Shown piece by piece: positions 1 through 13,197 of a stretch of DNA of 64,000 nucleotides. Origin of the DNA: Eledone cirrhosa (taxonomy: Eukaryota); assembly GCA_964016885.1 (NCBI GenBank), contig OZ024740.1, positions 101,308,001 through 101,372,000 on the forward strand, read 5' to 3'. Under the pieces are notes generated by a model. That model did not search any database. It was given only the letters and a program-made list of their open reading frames with translations, and was not told the origin of the DNA. Made by a program: the position numbers and the translations under genes. How positions within the stretch are numbered: position 1 is the first letter of the stretch; every line of letters begins with the position of its first letter.

Positions 1-190
1 TGATAGGGACTGGGGTCCCTATCATTCCACTGCAAAGTGGTCGTGGAGGTGCCACGGCAAAAAAGCACCCAGCACTCACTGTAAATGAGGTTGGTGTTAG
101 GAAGGGCATCCAGCTGTAGAAATCAAGCCAGAATCAGTTCCCGTCCCACCCTTGCAAGCAGGGAAAAGTGGACGTAAAAATGATGATGAT
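1..190 (+). mobile_element. 3' part of tRNA-derived SINE with RTE-derived tail (cut by window edge)
   Basis: Highly similar to 29237-29432. The tail matches the RTE 3'UTR at 6997-7150 and ends GGACGTAAAA(TGA)n. Confidence 0.85.
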
Positions 191-318
191 GATATATATA
201 TATATATGTGTATATATGTGAAGTAATTACATCGGAAAAGTCCAGGAAAAAAGAGTGCTCTATGTAGGCAACAGAGCTTAATTATTATTATTATGTAATA
301 AACAACATAAGGCAATTA

Positions 319-378
319 TTCCATTTACCAGTGGTTTCTTAAAAGCAAAAGGTTTTGCTTTCAATCCTCAGAATGAAA
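319..378 (-). ncRNA. Type I hammerhead ribozyme (mirror copy)
   Basis: Exact reverse complement of 427-486. Confidence 0.85.
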
Positions 379-426
379 AATCCTGGTTTGTTTATTGAAT
401 CCAAATTCAATAAAGAAACCAGGATT

Positions 427-486
427 TTTCATTCTGAGGATTGAAAGCAAAACCTTTTGCTTTTAAGAAACCACTGGTAAATGGAA
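427..486 (+). ncRNA. Type I hammerhead ribozyme
   Basis: Stem I TTTCATT(427-433)/AATGGAA(480-486); core CTGAGGA 434-440; stem II TTGAAAGCAAAA-cc-TTTTGCTTTTAA; GAAA 467-470; short stem III CC-act-GG; GUA cleavage triplet ending at 479. Confidence 0.85.
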
Positions 487-515
487 TAATTGCCTTATGT
501 TGTTTATTACATAAT

Positions 516-521
<6 letters not shown>

Positions 522-561
<40 letters not shown>

Positions 562-601
562 GTATATATATATATATATATAGATATATATATATATATA
601 C

Positions 602-635
<34 letters not shown>

Positions 636-654
636 GTATATATATATATATACG

Positions 655-686
<32 letters not shown>

Positions 687-883
687 CATACTTATGTATG
701 TATATATACTTACTTATGTATGTATATACATACTTATGTATATATATATACATACTTATGTATATATATACATACTTATGTATATATATATACTTACTTA
801 TGTATATACATACTTATGTATATATATATACTTACTTATGTATATATATATACATACTTATGTATATATATACTTACTTATGT

Positions 884-933
<50 letters not shown>

Positions 934-998
934 GTATATATATATACATATACATACTTATGTATATATATATATATACGTATATATATATACATATA
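522..998. repeat. Interrupted (TA)n microsatellite with CATACTTATG units
   Basis: Directly visible. The same unit recurs at 4131-4389 and after 7268. Confidence 0.95.
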
Positions 999-3900
999 CA
1001 TCATCATCATCATCATCATCACCGTTTTACGTCCGTTCTTCCACGCTAGCATGGGTTAGACGGGTTGTCCTGTTGTGGGCAGTGTCTGGTCGGCTGACCA
1101 TGCCTTGCTCATACAGGAACTGATCTGGCTTGATTTCTACAGCTGGATGCCCTTCCTAACACCAACCTCATTTACAGTGAGTGCTGGGTGCTTTTTCGTG
1201 GCGCCTACACGTCCACTTTACAGTGTGGGCTGGGTGCTTTTTTGCCGTGGCACCTCCACGACCACCTTGCGGTGGGGGGGGGGGGGGGGGGCATATTGTT
1301 TATATGCTTCAGCATGTACCCATGGGAGGTCGGGTACCCTGTATTACTGCGTGACGCCAGAAGTCACGGTCGTGTGTCATTGACTTTGAGAGGTGTAGTT
1401 GGGTAAGGTCGGCTTTTATCACCTCATCCCAAGTCATCTTGGGTCTCCCCACTCCGCGGTTTCCATCAACTTCTAGTGCTCTGCACCTTTTTATGCAGCT
1501 GTCATCCTTCATACGCATCACATGTCCATACCAGCGTAACCGCCTCTCCTGCACGCAGCATTTGATTCCTCTTATGCTCAGTCTCTCTCTCAATTCATTT
1601 ATGCTTTGTCGTTCACGTATATTACTGTTACACATCCATCGGAGCATGCAGGCTTCGTTTCTCTCTAATCTACGTAAGTCTTCCACCTTCAGCGCCCAGG
1701 TCTCACTACCATGCAACATCGCTGTTCGGATACACGCATCATACAGTCTGCCTTTCATTCTGAGGGAGAAGCCTTTTGCAGCTAGCAGTGGTAGTAGTTC
1801 CCTAAACTTCTTCCATCCCGTTCTTACCCTAGTTATTGTACTTTCTGAGCACCCACCTCCGTTGCTAATTCGGTCACCTAGGTAGCAGAAGCTGTCTACT
1901 GTTTCTACAGGGCCCTCCCAGAGATTGGTGGTACTTGTTTCCTGTGGCTGTTTGCTTGCTGTTTCAGCACAGCTGCTGCATGTGAATCCTACATTCTTAA
2001 TTAAGCTTCCTGAGATCCCGCTACATCTCTTGTGTACCCATTGTTTGCATTTGGGGCAAAGAATGGAGTTCCTACCTACACCTTTCCTACATACTGAGCA
2101 AGGCCATTTCCCTGAGGGGATCTGGGTTCTGTTTTCTCGTCTACTTATAAGGACCTTAGTCTTTGTCATGTTGACTTTGAGGCCCTTTCTCTCTAGTCCC
2201 TGCTTCCAGGTTTGGAATTTATTCTCTAGTTCTACCATAGATTCAGCTATGAGTGCGAGGTCATCAGCATACAGGAGTTCCCATGGGCATCCGGTCTTAA
2301 ACTCCTCCGTTATTGCCTGCAGGACTATGATGAACAGGAGAGGGCTAAGAACAGAGCCCTGGTGGACCCCAACCTGTACGCTAAATTCCTCGCTATACTC
2401 ATTGCCAATCCTAACTTTGCTGACTGCTCCCCTATACATGGCTTGTACCGCTTTCACAAGCCATTCATCTACTCCTAGTTTTCTAAGAGCCCACCAGATT
2501 ACTGCACGTGGAACTCTGTCAAAGGCTTTCTCAAGGTCGACAAATGCCAAGTAGAGTGGCTTACTTTTAGCTAGGTACTTTTCCTGTAATTGCCTCACAA
2601 GGAAGAGCGCATCAGTGGTGCCTTTCCCTGGAACAAACCCAAATTGCATCTCGTCTATATTCACCCGGTCCCTAATCAGCTGTGCTATAACTCTTTCTGT
2701 TACTTTCATGACCTGGTCCATCAACTTTATACCTCTATAGTTTCCTCTATCTAGTGCATCGCCTTTACCTTTGTAGCAGTTGACAATGATGCTACTGCAC
2801 CAATCTTTTGGTATGGCCCCCTCTAGTATTACCTGGTTAACGATACGTGTGGTTATAGTGTGACCTACAGACCCAGATGCCTTCAGCATCTCGGCAGCTA
2901 TACCCGATGGACCGGTTGCCTTCCCTATCTTCATATCTCTGATTGCCTTACTTACTACGCTGCCGCTGACTTGTACTGCTGGTCCCTCTATAGGGTCTAC
3001 GTGGGGTAGGGTCTCTTCTTCCCATGCATTCTCCTCATTTAGTAATCTATCATAATGACTCTTCCATGCATCTTTCTTCTCAGCACTTGTGAGGGCAAGC
3101 TCACCTTTATCATTCCGGATACACTTCTCTCCAATGACATCACAACTATCTCTGACACACTGCCTCGCAATCTTGAATACCTCCTGTTTCTGGTCCTCAC
3201 GTTGTAAAACATGCTTGAATTTTCTATCCTCTGCTTCCCTCCTAGCTAAGTATACTTGTCGCCTAGCTTCCCTCTTGGTCTCTATGTAATGTACCCTGCT
3301 CCCCCCGTTCTTCCATTCTTTCCATGCCTGTCTCTTGGCCTTGACTGCTTCATCTACCTTATTGTTCCACCACCAAGTCACTCTCCTCCTGCTTGAGGTC
3401 TTACTCCAGCCACAAACCTCATCCGTCGCCTCTAGTAAGTTATTTTTTAGGAACTCCCAGTTCTCTTCTACGTTAAATGTCTCTATCTGTTCTTCTTTAC
3501 TGTCGTAGGCGTTGAGTAAAATATCTTTAAATCTGTTACTGGTTGAGGGGACTTTCAGCTTCCAGATCTTTCTTCTCCAGGTTGGCCTCTGTTTCAGGGC
3601 TCGTCTAGTTCTGACCGTGAGGTCGCTGACAACTAAGCTATGTTGGGATGTACATTCCTCACTAGGGAAGGCTTTTGTGTTTACGACCGTCCATCTGTCA
3701 CGTCCTCTGATGAGGATAAAATCTAACTGACTAGAGTGCTCCCCTGATCTATAGGTGATCAGGTGGTTGTCGGGTTTTTTAAAGTTTGTGTTACATATCG
3801 ACATGTCATTGGCGTCGCAGAATTCTAGAAGTCTGAATCCTTCCTCATTCCTTGTGCCAACTCCATGGCCTCCATGTACTCTATTGAAGCCGTCGCAGTG

Positions 3901-4130
3901 TTTACCTACGTGTCCGTTAAAATCTCCTGCAATGATTAGGAAGTCCTTGTCGTCTGTTAGAGCAGTAGTGTGTATTAGGGACTCGTAAAACCTATCCTTA
4001 AGTTCGTCTGGCAGCCCCGATTGGGGTGCGTAAGCTGATATTATTGTGGTAATTGTCTTATTCAGGACTAGTCTGAGTTTAATGATTCTTGCATTTACCC
4101 TGTACACTGAGATTACTTTATCTACCCACT
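999..4130 (-). mobile_element. RTE-clade non-LTR retrotransposon (family 1), 5'-truncated, very young
   Basis: Uninterrupted APE-endonuclease + RT frame, 3'UTR and (GAT)n tail. The 5' end breaks inside the endonuclease (KWVDKVISV). Confidence 0.95.
1309..4107 (-). CDS. RTE ORF: partial APE endonuclease, reverse transcriptase, inserted PHD finger
   Basis: [43 protein letters not shown]4HC3 finger ([20 protein letters not shown]), [17 protein letters not shown]-terminus missing. Confidence 0.92.
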   Translation of the reverse strand: MYRVNARIIKLRLVLNKTITTIISAYAPQSGLPDELKDRFYESLIHTTALTDDKDFLIIAGDFNGHVGKHCDGFNRVHGGHGVGTRNEEGFRLLEFCDANDMSICNTNFKKPDNHLITYRSGEHSSQLDFILIRGRDRWTVVNTKAFPSEECTSQHSLVVSDLTVRTRRALKQRPTWRRKIWKLKVPSTSNRFKDILLNAYDSKEEQIETFNVEENWEFLKNNLLEATDEVCGWSKTSSRRRVTWWWNNKVDEAVKAKRQAWKEWKNGGSRVHYIETKREARRQVYLARREAEDRKFKHVLQREDQKQEVFKIARQCVRDSCDVIGEKCIRNDKGELALTSAEKKDAWKSHYDRLLNEENAWEEETLPHVDPIEGPAVQVSGSVVSKAIRDMKIGKATGPSGIAAEMLKASGSVGHTITTRIVNQVILEGAIPKDWCSSIIVNCYKGKGDALDRGNYRGIKLMDQVMKVTERVIAQLIRDRVNIDEMQFGFVPGKGTTDALFLVRQLQEKYLAKSKPLYLAFVDLEKAFDRVPRAVIWWALRKLGVDEWLVKAVQAMYRGAVSKVRIGNEYSEEFSVQVGVHQGSVLSPLLFIIVLQAITEEFKTGCPWELLYADDLALIAESMVELENKFQTWKQGLERKGLKVNMTKTKVLISRRENRTQIPSGKWPCSVCRKGVGRNSILCPKCKQWVHKRCSGISGSLIKNVGFTCSSCAETASKQPQETSTTNLWEGPVETVDSFCYLGDRISNGGGCSESTITRVRTGWKKFRELLPLLAAKGFSLRMKGRLYDACIRTAMLHGSETWALKVEDLRRLERNEACMLRWMCNSNIRERQSINELRERLSIRGIKCCVQERRLRWYGHVMRMKDDSCIKRCRALEVDGNRGVGRPKMTWDEVIKADLTQLHLSKSMTHDRDFWRHAVIQGTRPPMGTC

Positions 4131-4180
4131 TATGTATATACTTATGTATATATATGTATATATGTATACATATACATACT

Positions 4181-4227
<47 letters not shown>

Positions 4228-4389
4228 GTATATATATATACGTATATATATATATACATATACATACTTATGTATATATATGTATATATATATATATGTA
4301 TATATATATACATGGAGGCCATGGAGTTATATATATACATATACATACTTATGTATATATATGTATATATATATATATGTATATATATA

Positions 4390-7268
4390 TACATGGAGGC
4401 CATGGAGTTGGCACAAGGAATGAGGAAGGATTCAGACTTCTAGAATTCTGCGACGCCAATGACATGTCGATATGTAACACAAACTTTAAAAAACCCGACA
4501 ACCACCTGATCACCTATAGATCAGGGGAGCACTCTAGTCAGTTAGATTTTATCCTCATCAGAGGACGTGACAGATGGACGGTCGTAAACACAAAAGCCTT
4601 CCCTAGTGAGGAATGTACATCCCAACATAGCTTAGTTGTCAGCGACCTCACGGTCAGAACTAGACGAGCCCTGAAACAGAGGCCAACCTGGAGAAGAAAG
4701 ATCTGGAAGCTGAAAGTCCCCTCAACCAGTAACAGATTTAAAGATATTTTACTCAACGCCTACGACAGTAAAGAAGAACAGATAGAGACATTTAACGTAG
4801 AAGAGAACTGGGAGTTCCTAAAAAATAACTTACTAGAGGCGACGGATGAGGTTTGTGGCTGGAGTAAGACCTCAAGCAGGAGGAGAGTGACTTGGTGGTG
4901 GAACAATAAGGTAGATGAAGCAGTCAAGGCCAAGAGACAGGCATGGAAAGAATGGAAGAACGGGGGGAGCAGGGTACATTACATAGAGACCAAGAGGGAA
5001 GCTAGGCGACAAGTATACTTAGCTAGGAGGGAAGCAGAGGATAGAAAATTCAAGCATGTTTTACAACGTGAGGACCAGAAACAGGAGGTATTCAAGATTG
5101 CGAGGCAGTGTGTCAGAGATAGTTGTGATGTCATTGGAGAGAAGTGTATCCGGAATGATAAAGGTGAGCTTGCCCTCACAAGTGCTGAGAAGAAAGATGC
5201 ATGGAAGAGTCATTATGATAGATTACTAAATGAGGAGAATGCATGGGAAGAAGAGACCCTACCCCACGTAGACCCTATAGAGGGACCAGCAGTACAAGTC
5301 AGCGGCAGCGTAGTAAGTAAGGCAATCAGAGATATGAAGATAGGGAAGGCAACCGGTCCATCGGGTATAGCTGCCGAGATGCTGAAGGCATCTGGGTCTG
5401 TAGGTCACACTATAACCACACGTATCGTTAACCAGGTAATACTAGAGGGGGCCATACCAAAAGATTGGTGCAGTAGCATCATTGTCAACTGCTACAAAGG
5501 TAAAGGCGATGCACTAGATAGAGGAAACTATAGAGGTATAAAGTTGATGGACCAGGTCATGAAAGTAACAGAAAGAGTTATAGCACAGCTGATTAGGGAC
5601 CGGGTGAATATAGACGAGATGCAATTTGGGTTTGCTCCAGGGAAAGGCACCACTGATGCGCTCTTCCTTGTGAGGCAATTACAGGAAAAGTACCTAGCTA
5701 AAAGTAAGCCACTCTACTTGGCATTTGTCGACCTTGAGAAAGCCTTTGACAGAGTTCCACGTGCAGTAATCTGGTGGGCTCTTAGAAAACTAGGAGTAGA
5801 TGAATGGCTTGTGAAAGCGGTACAAGCCATGTATAGGGGAGCAGTCAGCAAAGTTAGGATTGGCAATGAGTATAGCGAGGAATTTAGCGTACAGGTTGGG
5901 GTCCACCAGGGCTCTGTTCTTAGCCCTCTCCTGTTCATCATAGTCCTGCAGGCAATAACGGAGGAGTTTAAGACCGGATGCCCATGGGAACTCCTGTATG
6001 CTGATGACCTCGCACTCATAGCTGAATCTATGGTAGAACTAGAGAATAAATTCCAAACCTGGAAGCAGGGACTAGAGAGAAAGGGCCTCAAAGTCAACAT
6101 GACAAAGACTAAGGTCCTTATAAGTAGACGAGAAAACAGAACCCAGATCCCCTCAGGGAAATGGCCTTGCTCAGTATGTAGGAAAGGTGTAGGTAGGAAC
6201 TCCATTCTTTGCCCCAAATGCAAACAATGGGTACACAAGAGATGTAGCGGGATCTCAGGAAGCTTAATTAAGAATGTAGGATTCACATGCAGCAGCTGTG
6301 CTGAAACAGCAAGCAAACAGCCACAGGAAACAAGTACCACCAATCTCTGGGAGGGCCCTGTAGAAACAGTAGACAGCTTCTGCTACCTAGGTGACCGAAT
6401 TAGCAACGGAGGTGGGTGCTCAGAAAGTACAATAACTAGGGTAAGAACGGGATGGAAGAAGTTTAGGGAACTACTACCACTGCTAGCTGCAAAAGGCTTC
6501 TCCCTCAGAATGAAAGGCAGACTGTATGATGCGTGTATCCGAACAGCGATGTTGCATGGTAGTGAGACCTGGGCGCTGAAGGTGGAAGACTTACGTAGAT
6601 TAGAGAGAAACGAAGCCTGCATGCTCCGATGGATGTGTAACAGTAATATACGTGAACGACAAAGCATAAATGAATTGAGAGAGAGACTGAGCATAAGAGG
6701 AATCAAATGCTGCGTGCAGGAGAGGCGGTTACGCTGGTATGGACATGTGATGCGTATGAAGGATGACAGCTGCATAAAAAGGTGCAGAGCACTAGAAGTT
6801 GATGGAAACCGCGGAGTGGGGAGACCCAAGATGACTTGGGATGAGGTGATAAAAGCCGACCTTACCCAACTACACCTCTCAAAGTCAATGACACACGACC
6901 GTGACTTCTGGCGTCACGCAGTAATACAGGGTACCCGACCTCCCATGGGTACATGCTGAAGCATATAAACAATATGCCCCCCCCCCCCCCCCCCCCCACC
7001 GCAAGGTGGTCGTGGAGGTGCCACGGCAAAAAAGCACCCAGCCCACACTGCAAAGTGGACGTGTAGGCGCCACGAAAAAGCACCCAGCACTCACTGTAAA
7101 TGAGGTTGGTGTTAGGAAGGGCATCCAGCTGTAGAAATCAAGCCAGATCAGTTCCTGTATGAGCAAGGCATGGTCAGCCGACCAGACACTGCCCACAACA
7201 GGACAACCCGTCTAACCCATGCTAGCGTGGAAGAACGGACGTAAAACGGTGATGATGATGATGATGAT
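4390..7268 (+). mobile_element. RTE family 1 copy, 5'-truncated, inverted relative to 999-4130
   Basis: Reverse complement of 999-3878 with only ~2 substitutions seen (FVPG/FAPG; one in the 3'UTR) and a poly-C length difference. (GAT)n tail. Confidence 0.95.
4392..6959 (+). CDS. RTE ORF (5'-truncated): end of endonuclease, RT, PHD finger
   Basis: Same protein as 1309-4107 from [10 protein letters not shown] onward. The upstream part of the called ORF is microsatellite read-through. Confidence 0.9.
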   Translation, partial: HGGHGVGTRNEEGFRLLEFCDANDMSICNTNFKKPDNHLITYRSGEHSSQLDFILIRGRDRWTVVNTKAFPSEECTSQHSLVVSDLTVRTRRALKQRPTWRRKIWKLKVPSTSNRFKDILLNAYDSKEEQIETFNVEENWEFLKNNLLEATDEVCGWSKTSSRRRVTWWWNNKVDEAVKAKRQAWKEWKNGGSRVHYIETKREARRQVYLARREAEDRKFKHVLQREDQKQEVFKIARQCVRDSCDVIGEKCIRNDKGELALTSAEKKDAWKSHYDRLLNEENAWEEETLPHVDPIEGPAVQVSGSVVSKAIRDMKIGKATGPSGIAAEMLKASGSVGHTITTRIVNQVILEGAIPKDWCSSIIVNCYKGKGDALDRGNYRGIKLMDQVMKVTERVIAQLIRDRVNIDEMQFGFAPGKGTTDALFLVRQLQEKYLAKSKPLYLAFVDLEKAFDRVPRAVIWWALRKLGVDEWLVKAVQAMYRGAVSKVRIGNEYSEEFSVQVGVHQGSVLSPLLFIIVLQAITEEFKTGCPWELLYADDLALIAESMVELENKFQTWKQGLERKGLKVNMTKTKVLISRRENRTQIPSGKWPCSVCRKGVGRNSILCPKCKQWVHKRCSGISGSLIKNVGFTCSSCAETASKQPQETSTTNLWEGPVETVDSFCYLGDRISNGGGCSESTITRVRTGWKKFRELLPLLAAKGFSLRMKGRLYDACIRTAMLHGSETWALKVEDLRRLERNEACMLRWMCNSNIRERQSINELRERLSIRGIKCCVQERRLRWYGHVMRMKDDSCIKRCRALEVDGNRGVGRPKMTWDEVIKADLTQLHLSKSMTHDRDFWRHAVIQGTRPPMGTC

Positions 7269-7311
7269 ATACATGTATATACTTATGTATATATATATAT
7301 ACATATATATG

Positions 7312-7344
<33 letters not shown>

Positions 7345-7619
7345 GTATATATATATATACATATACGTATATATGTATATATATATATACATATATATGC
7401 ATATATATATACATATACATGCATATATATATGTACATATACATATATATGTATATATATGTACATATACATATATATGTATATATATATACATATACAT
7501 ATATATGTATATATATATACATATACATATATATGAATATATATATACATATACATATATATGTATATATATATATACATATACATATATATGAATATAT
7601 ATATACATAGATATACATA

Positions 7620-7668
<49 letters not shown>
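7269..7668. repeat. (TA)n/(TACA) microsatellite
   Basis: Directly visible. Confidence 0.95.
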
Positions 7669-7671
<3 letters not shown>

Positions 7672-7699
7672 AAGTTTTATTTAAATTGTTGGGTTACAT

Positions 7700-7835
7700 A
7701 TCTATCTATTTATAAGACTGTTTATATTGTATTTTGTCTGAAGAAGGCATAACATATTTTTAATATGATATCCCTGAAATATATATAATGAAATAAATAT
7801 GGTTTTATAAATATAATTTCCATTTATTTAATATC

Positions 7836-7837
<2 letters not shown>
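7700..7837 (+). mobile_element. Single-arm copy of the hammerhead-bearing element family at 62760-63093
   Basis: Clearly homologous to 62995-63093 and to the reverse complement of 62760-62895. Ends ...TTAATATCG followed by (TA)n. Confidence 0.75.
7730..7795 (+). ncRNA. Minimal type I hammerhead ribozyme
   Basis: Stem I TATTTTGT/ATGAAATA (2 G-U); CTGAAGA 7738-7744; stem II AGG..CATATT/AATATG..CCT; GAAA 7776-7779; 1-bp stem III with palindromic T-ATAT-A; AUA site ending at 7787. Confidence 0.78.
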
Positions 7838-8302
<465 letters not shown>

Positions 8303-8905
8303 ATGTCAGGTCACCAGTTGGTGCTACTGGTAACATGTATCCCAGTACAACCTGTCCCATGGTCGGGTCGTTGGCGACTAAACTGGCAACCCCACCAAGG
8401 TTTCTTGGTGAGGAGGGTGACTTTGGACATCCTGCAGGACTAAAAACAAAACCTGTCAAAGAGCAACTCTTAAGAGTCAATGGCCATCCAAAATCACCGG
8501 GAGAGATGACCCCTTAGTCTTTGTCAAGGCAGAATTCTAGGAGAAGGAAAACTCTGATATAACACCTGCAACCCTGATGGTATCCAATGATGTTGACTTG
8601 TTCTTCTTTTTGGTAAATATCATCTTGGTTAAGAGAGTGGGACTGGCTTTGTGCAGTGCCTTTGCTCACTATAAAAGCTTCACGGCACAGGCATTGCTTT
8701 ATATCTGGAGATCTCTCTGCACTTGTCGTCACATGGTACCATGGGCCCAGCACTATGTGTCAATAATTGTCACAAGTGTAGTGTTTGTACCAGCGTTTTC
8801 AAGTCGCTGGCTGGACTAAAAAGTCACACTCGTTCAGCGCATTGGTAGGGGTTCTCCTACATGGATATAAAGTAGTGGCCGTACTCGAAAACGAGTTGGC
8901 AGCCA

Positions 8906-8909
<4 letters not shown>
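8303..8909 (+). mobile_element. Short internally deleted (bipartite) RTE-like element
   Basis: 5' half resembles an RTE 5'UTR (CTAGGAGAAGGAAAACTCTGA motif, several hairpins). 3' half encodes a C-terminal C2H2 finger [23 protein letters not shown] and a terminal hairpin CTCGaaaaCGAG. (TA)n on both sides. Confidence 0.6.
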
Positions 8910-9651
<742 letters not shown>

Positions 9652-11185
9652 TTCTATTCTAAGGCGGGTAAAATTCCCGAGATCCATGGACGAGTTCTCT
9701 CCAGCTGTCTCTGTCCCTCATTATCGCTGCCATGTCCTGCGTCTCCAACAGACCAGTGTCTGTCCTTAGGGCATCAACATACGTTAACCTTGGTCTTCCC
9801 CTTCTAGTGTGTCCATGTAGGGGCTCCCAAAGGAGCACTGAGTGCAATGTCAACTCTGGATGTCGGTGAGCATGTCCAGCTAACCTCAGTCTCCTCTGTG
9901 TCAATTTTGAGCTGACTTTTGGGATGCTCCCATACAGCTCTGAGTTTTTCATCCTCAGTGTATACGGATTAATGTTCAGAGCCATCCTCAGCATTCTCGT
10001 GTAGCACCCATCCACCATCTGAGTGAGTCTCTTGGTCAGTGTCCAAGTCTCAGACCCATACAGCAGCACAGACTCCACTACAGCAATGATGAGGTGGATT
10101 TTCAGGTCTCTACGAAGCTCCGACTTCCACACCGATCTCATGCTGTGGCATGCCGCCCAGGCCTTGCTCTTCCTCTCAACCACATCATTTTCCGTATTCC
10201 CAATCTTTGCTCCCAAATACAGGAAACCCTCAACCAATTCTAGCGGCTTCCCGCCTACATTAGTGATCCCCTCTGGCTTCTCAACATTCTCTACCAGATA
10301 TTGATTTTAGTCTCATTCATTCTCAGCCCCACACTCATTGACACAGTCTCAACCTCCCGCATCAAATCCTCTGCCTCCTTCACTGTATTTGTCACCAAAA
10401 CTATGTCGTCGGCAAATTCAGCATCTGATACCTTTTTCGCCCTAACTCTCCTGCTCTGAGCCGGTGCTACAGTAAAGCCAGAGTCCTGGTGTTTCTCCAG
10501 TGCAAGGCGCATACAATAGTCCACTACGATGATAAAAGGGTAGGGAGCCAATGTATCTCCCTTGAGCACTCCAGCCAGTATCTCAAAGAACTCTGTCATC
10601 CCATCAGGTGTAATGACTTGGGCTTTGGTGTTGGTGTAGAGCAGTGATATCAGGTCCACTATCTTCTTGGGAATTCCATAAGCCTGTAAGATCTTCATCA
10701 GGCAGTAACGGTCCACAGAATTAAAGGCCTTCCTAAAGTCAATGAAAACCATGACCGCAGGAAGGCACTTTGCTCTAGTTCCCTCTAATATCCTCCTCAG
10801 CATCAGGATGTGACTGGTGGTTGATCTACCCTCTCTGAAGCCGTTCTGGTTGTCTCTGAGCTTCTTCTCCATCTCAGGCTGGATCCTGTTAAGAATCATC
10901 CTGTTGAGGGTCTTTTCCACAAGTGACGTCAGTGAGATCCCCCGGTAGTTGTTGGTGTTAGAGAGATCTCCCTTAGGCACTGGGACGATGTTACTGATCC
11001 TCCACTGATTCGGGGCAACTCCTTTCTCCAGGCGGCTGTTGAGACAGAGCCCTTCACCAGAGAGGAGCTTCAGAGAGTCAAGAAGAGGATCAAGGAGGGC
11101 AAGGCTCATGGAGAAGATGGAGTGGCATCAGAGGTGATGAAGAGGTGTGATTTTGATATCATCCTGGGGTTCTGTAACGGGGCAC
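9652..11185 (-). mobile_element. RTE/RTE-X-like LINE, 5'-truncated, frameshifted, with 5' inversion
   Basis: [50 protein letters not shown] on the minus strand. 11032-11185 encodes the preceding RT region on the plus strand. Confidence 0.9.
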
Positions 11186-11800
<615 letters not shown>

Positions 11801-12336
11801 GCTAGATATATATATATAGCTGTATGCGTGCATGTATGGGTTTACCTTATATTTATGTACTTATAAATGTATATAATTATATACACTTGCTGATTTGATA
11901 TATGTGAATGATGTTTACTGTAATAGTTATGGGTAGTAATGTTACATGATGTGTGTAGATGGTGACAGAAGGTAAAAATAAATAACATATATATGGTGTT
12001 ATATGTGGGAGGTGGTGAATGAAACAATACTCTATCATGGAAAACCATCTTTTTGTAATCATTTATTTATTTTCATTATATATTGTTATTGCCATTATTA
12101 TTCAATATTATTATTATTATTATTATTTTTTTTTTTATTTTCTTGTCGTTGCTATTGGTGATATTGTTATTTTGGCAAATCAACAAAAAGTACATACAAA
12201 TCAAATGGCTTGGAAGCCTATTCTTATGATTTCTGACTGATATATATATATATATTACACCTATGTGTGTGTGTGTGTGTATATATATATATGTATATAT
12301 ATATATATGTATGTATATGTATATATATATATATGT

Positions 12337-12413
<77 letters not shown>

Positions 12414-13197
12414 TGCACACATTTTTTTATTATTGTCTTCATTTGTATAAATGTGTTTTCATTTTTTGTTTGCTGTTTGGTTTTTAGATATGCTTGTATG
12501 GTTCCACTTTTCAAACTGCCTTTATAGGAGGGAAAAATAACATAACAAAAAGAATACAAACCAAAATTTCTGGTGCTTATTATGGCATTGTTTTATTATA
12601 GTGATTGTATTCTGTATTCTGCGTGACACCGTATACATTTCTGTTGCTTGAGTGATTCACTTTACTCATGCCATTTAGAATGCCAAGATGTTGTTGGTGT
12701 GATTTGTGTTGCAAATGTGGAGAAAAACATGAAGAGTAATTGTGCTATAAGAGAGAATGAATGTGAGATAAAGAGAGAGAACTACACACAATTTGTGTGG
12801 GGCAGAGAGAAACTGGCAGTCAGTGTCTGAGAAGGATAGATGGTGAATGCTTGAATAAAGGATGAAATAAATAATATATATATATATTATATCTATAAAG
12901 TGAAAAATCTGTGCAGTTATTTCTCATATATATATATATATAATTTCCCTTTTCCATGGTTACATGGGTTGAACAGGTTTTCTCCTGCACAACATCTTAC
13001 CAATTGTTATAGCTTTTTGTAATTTCCTTCATGTGATTCAAATTCTGAAGAGCAACTTTAACATGTCTACCCATGTTTTCCTATTCCACAGAACCCCTTC
13101 AATTTTGGATATTTTGGCATGTTTTTACCCAATTGTCATCTCCCATATTCTTCACATGTCCATAACAGCTCATTATTCTGTCTTGCACACTATAGCT

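Larger units (their letters stand above)
284..521. mobile_element. Palindromic (foldback) non-coding mini-element, probably Penelope-like pLTR-derived
   Basis: Arms of ~117 bp are reverse complements (1 mismatch, 1 indel) around loop CCAA at 401-404. Abuts (TA)n. Each arm holds a hammerhead motif. Confidence 0.75.

Noticed and set aside
1439-3988. Antisense ORFs over the RTE copies (and over Gypsy pol)
   Set aside because: Shadow frames with no recognisable motifs.
4089-4391. N-terminal extension of the 956-aa ORF suggesting a full-length LINE protein
   Set aside because: Microsatellite read-through. LINE homology starts at 4390 and the endonuclease is truncated.
8305-8470. Canonical twister or HDV-like ribozyme
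   Set aside because: Partial motifs only. The required P1/P2/pseudoknot pairings could not be completed by eye, so it is not called as an ncRNA.
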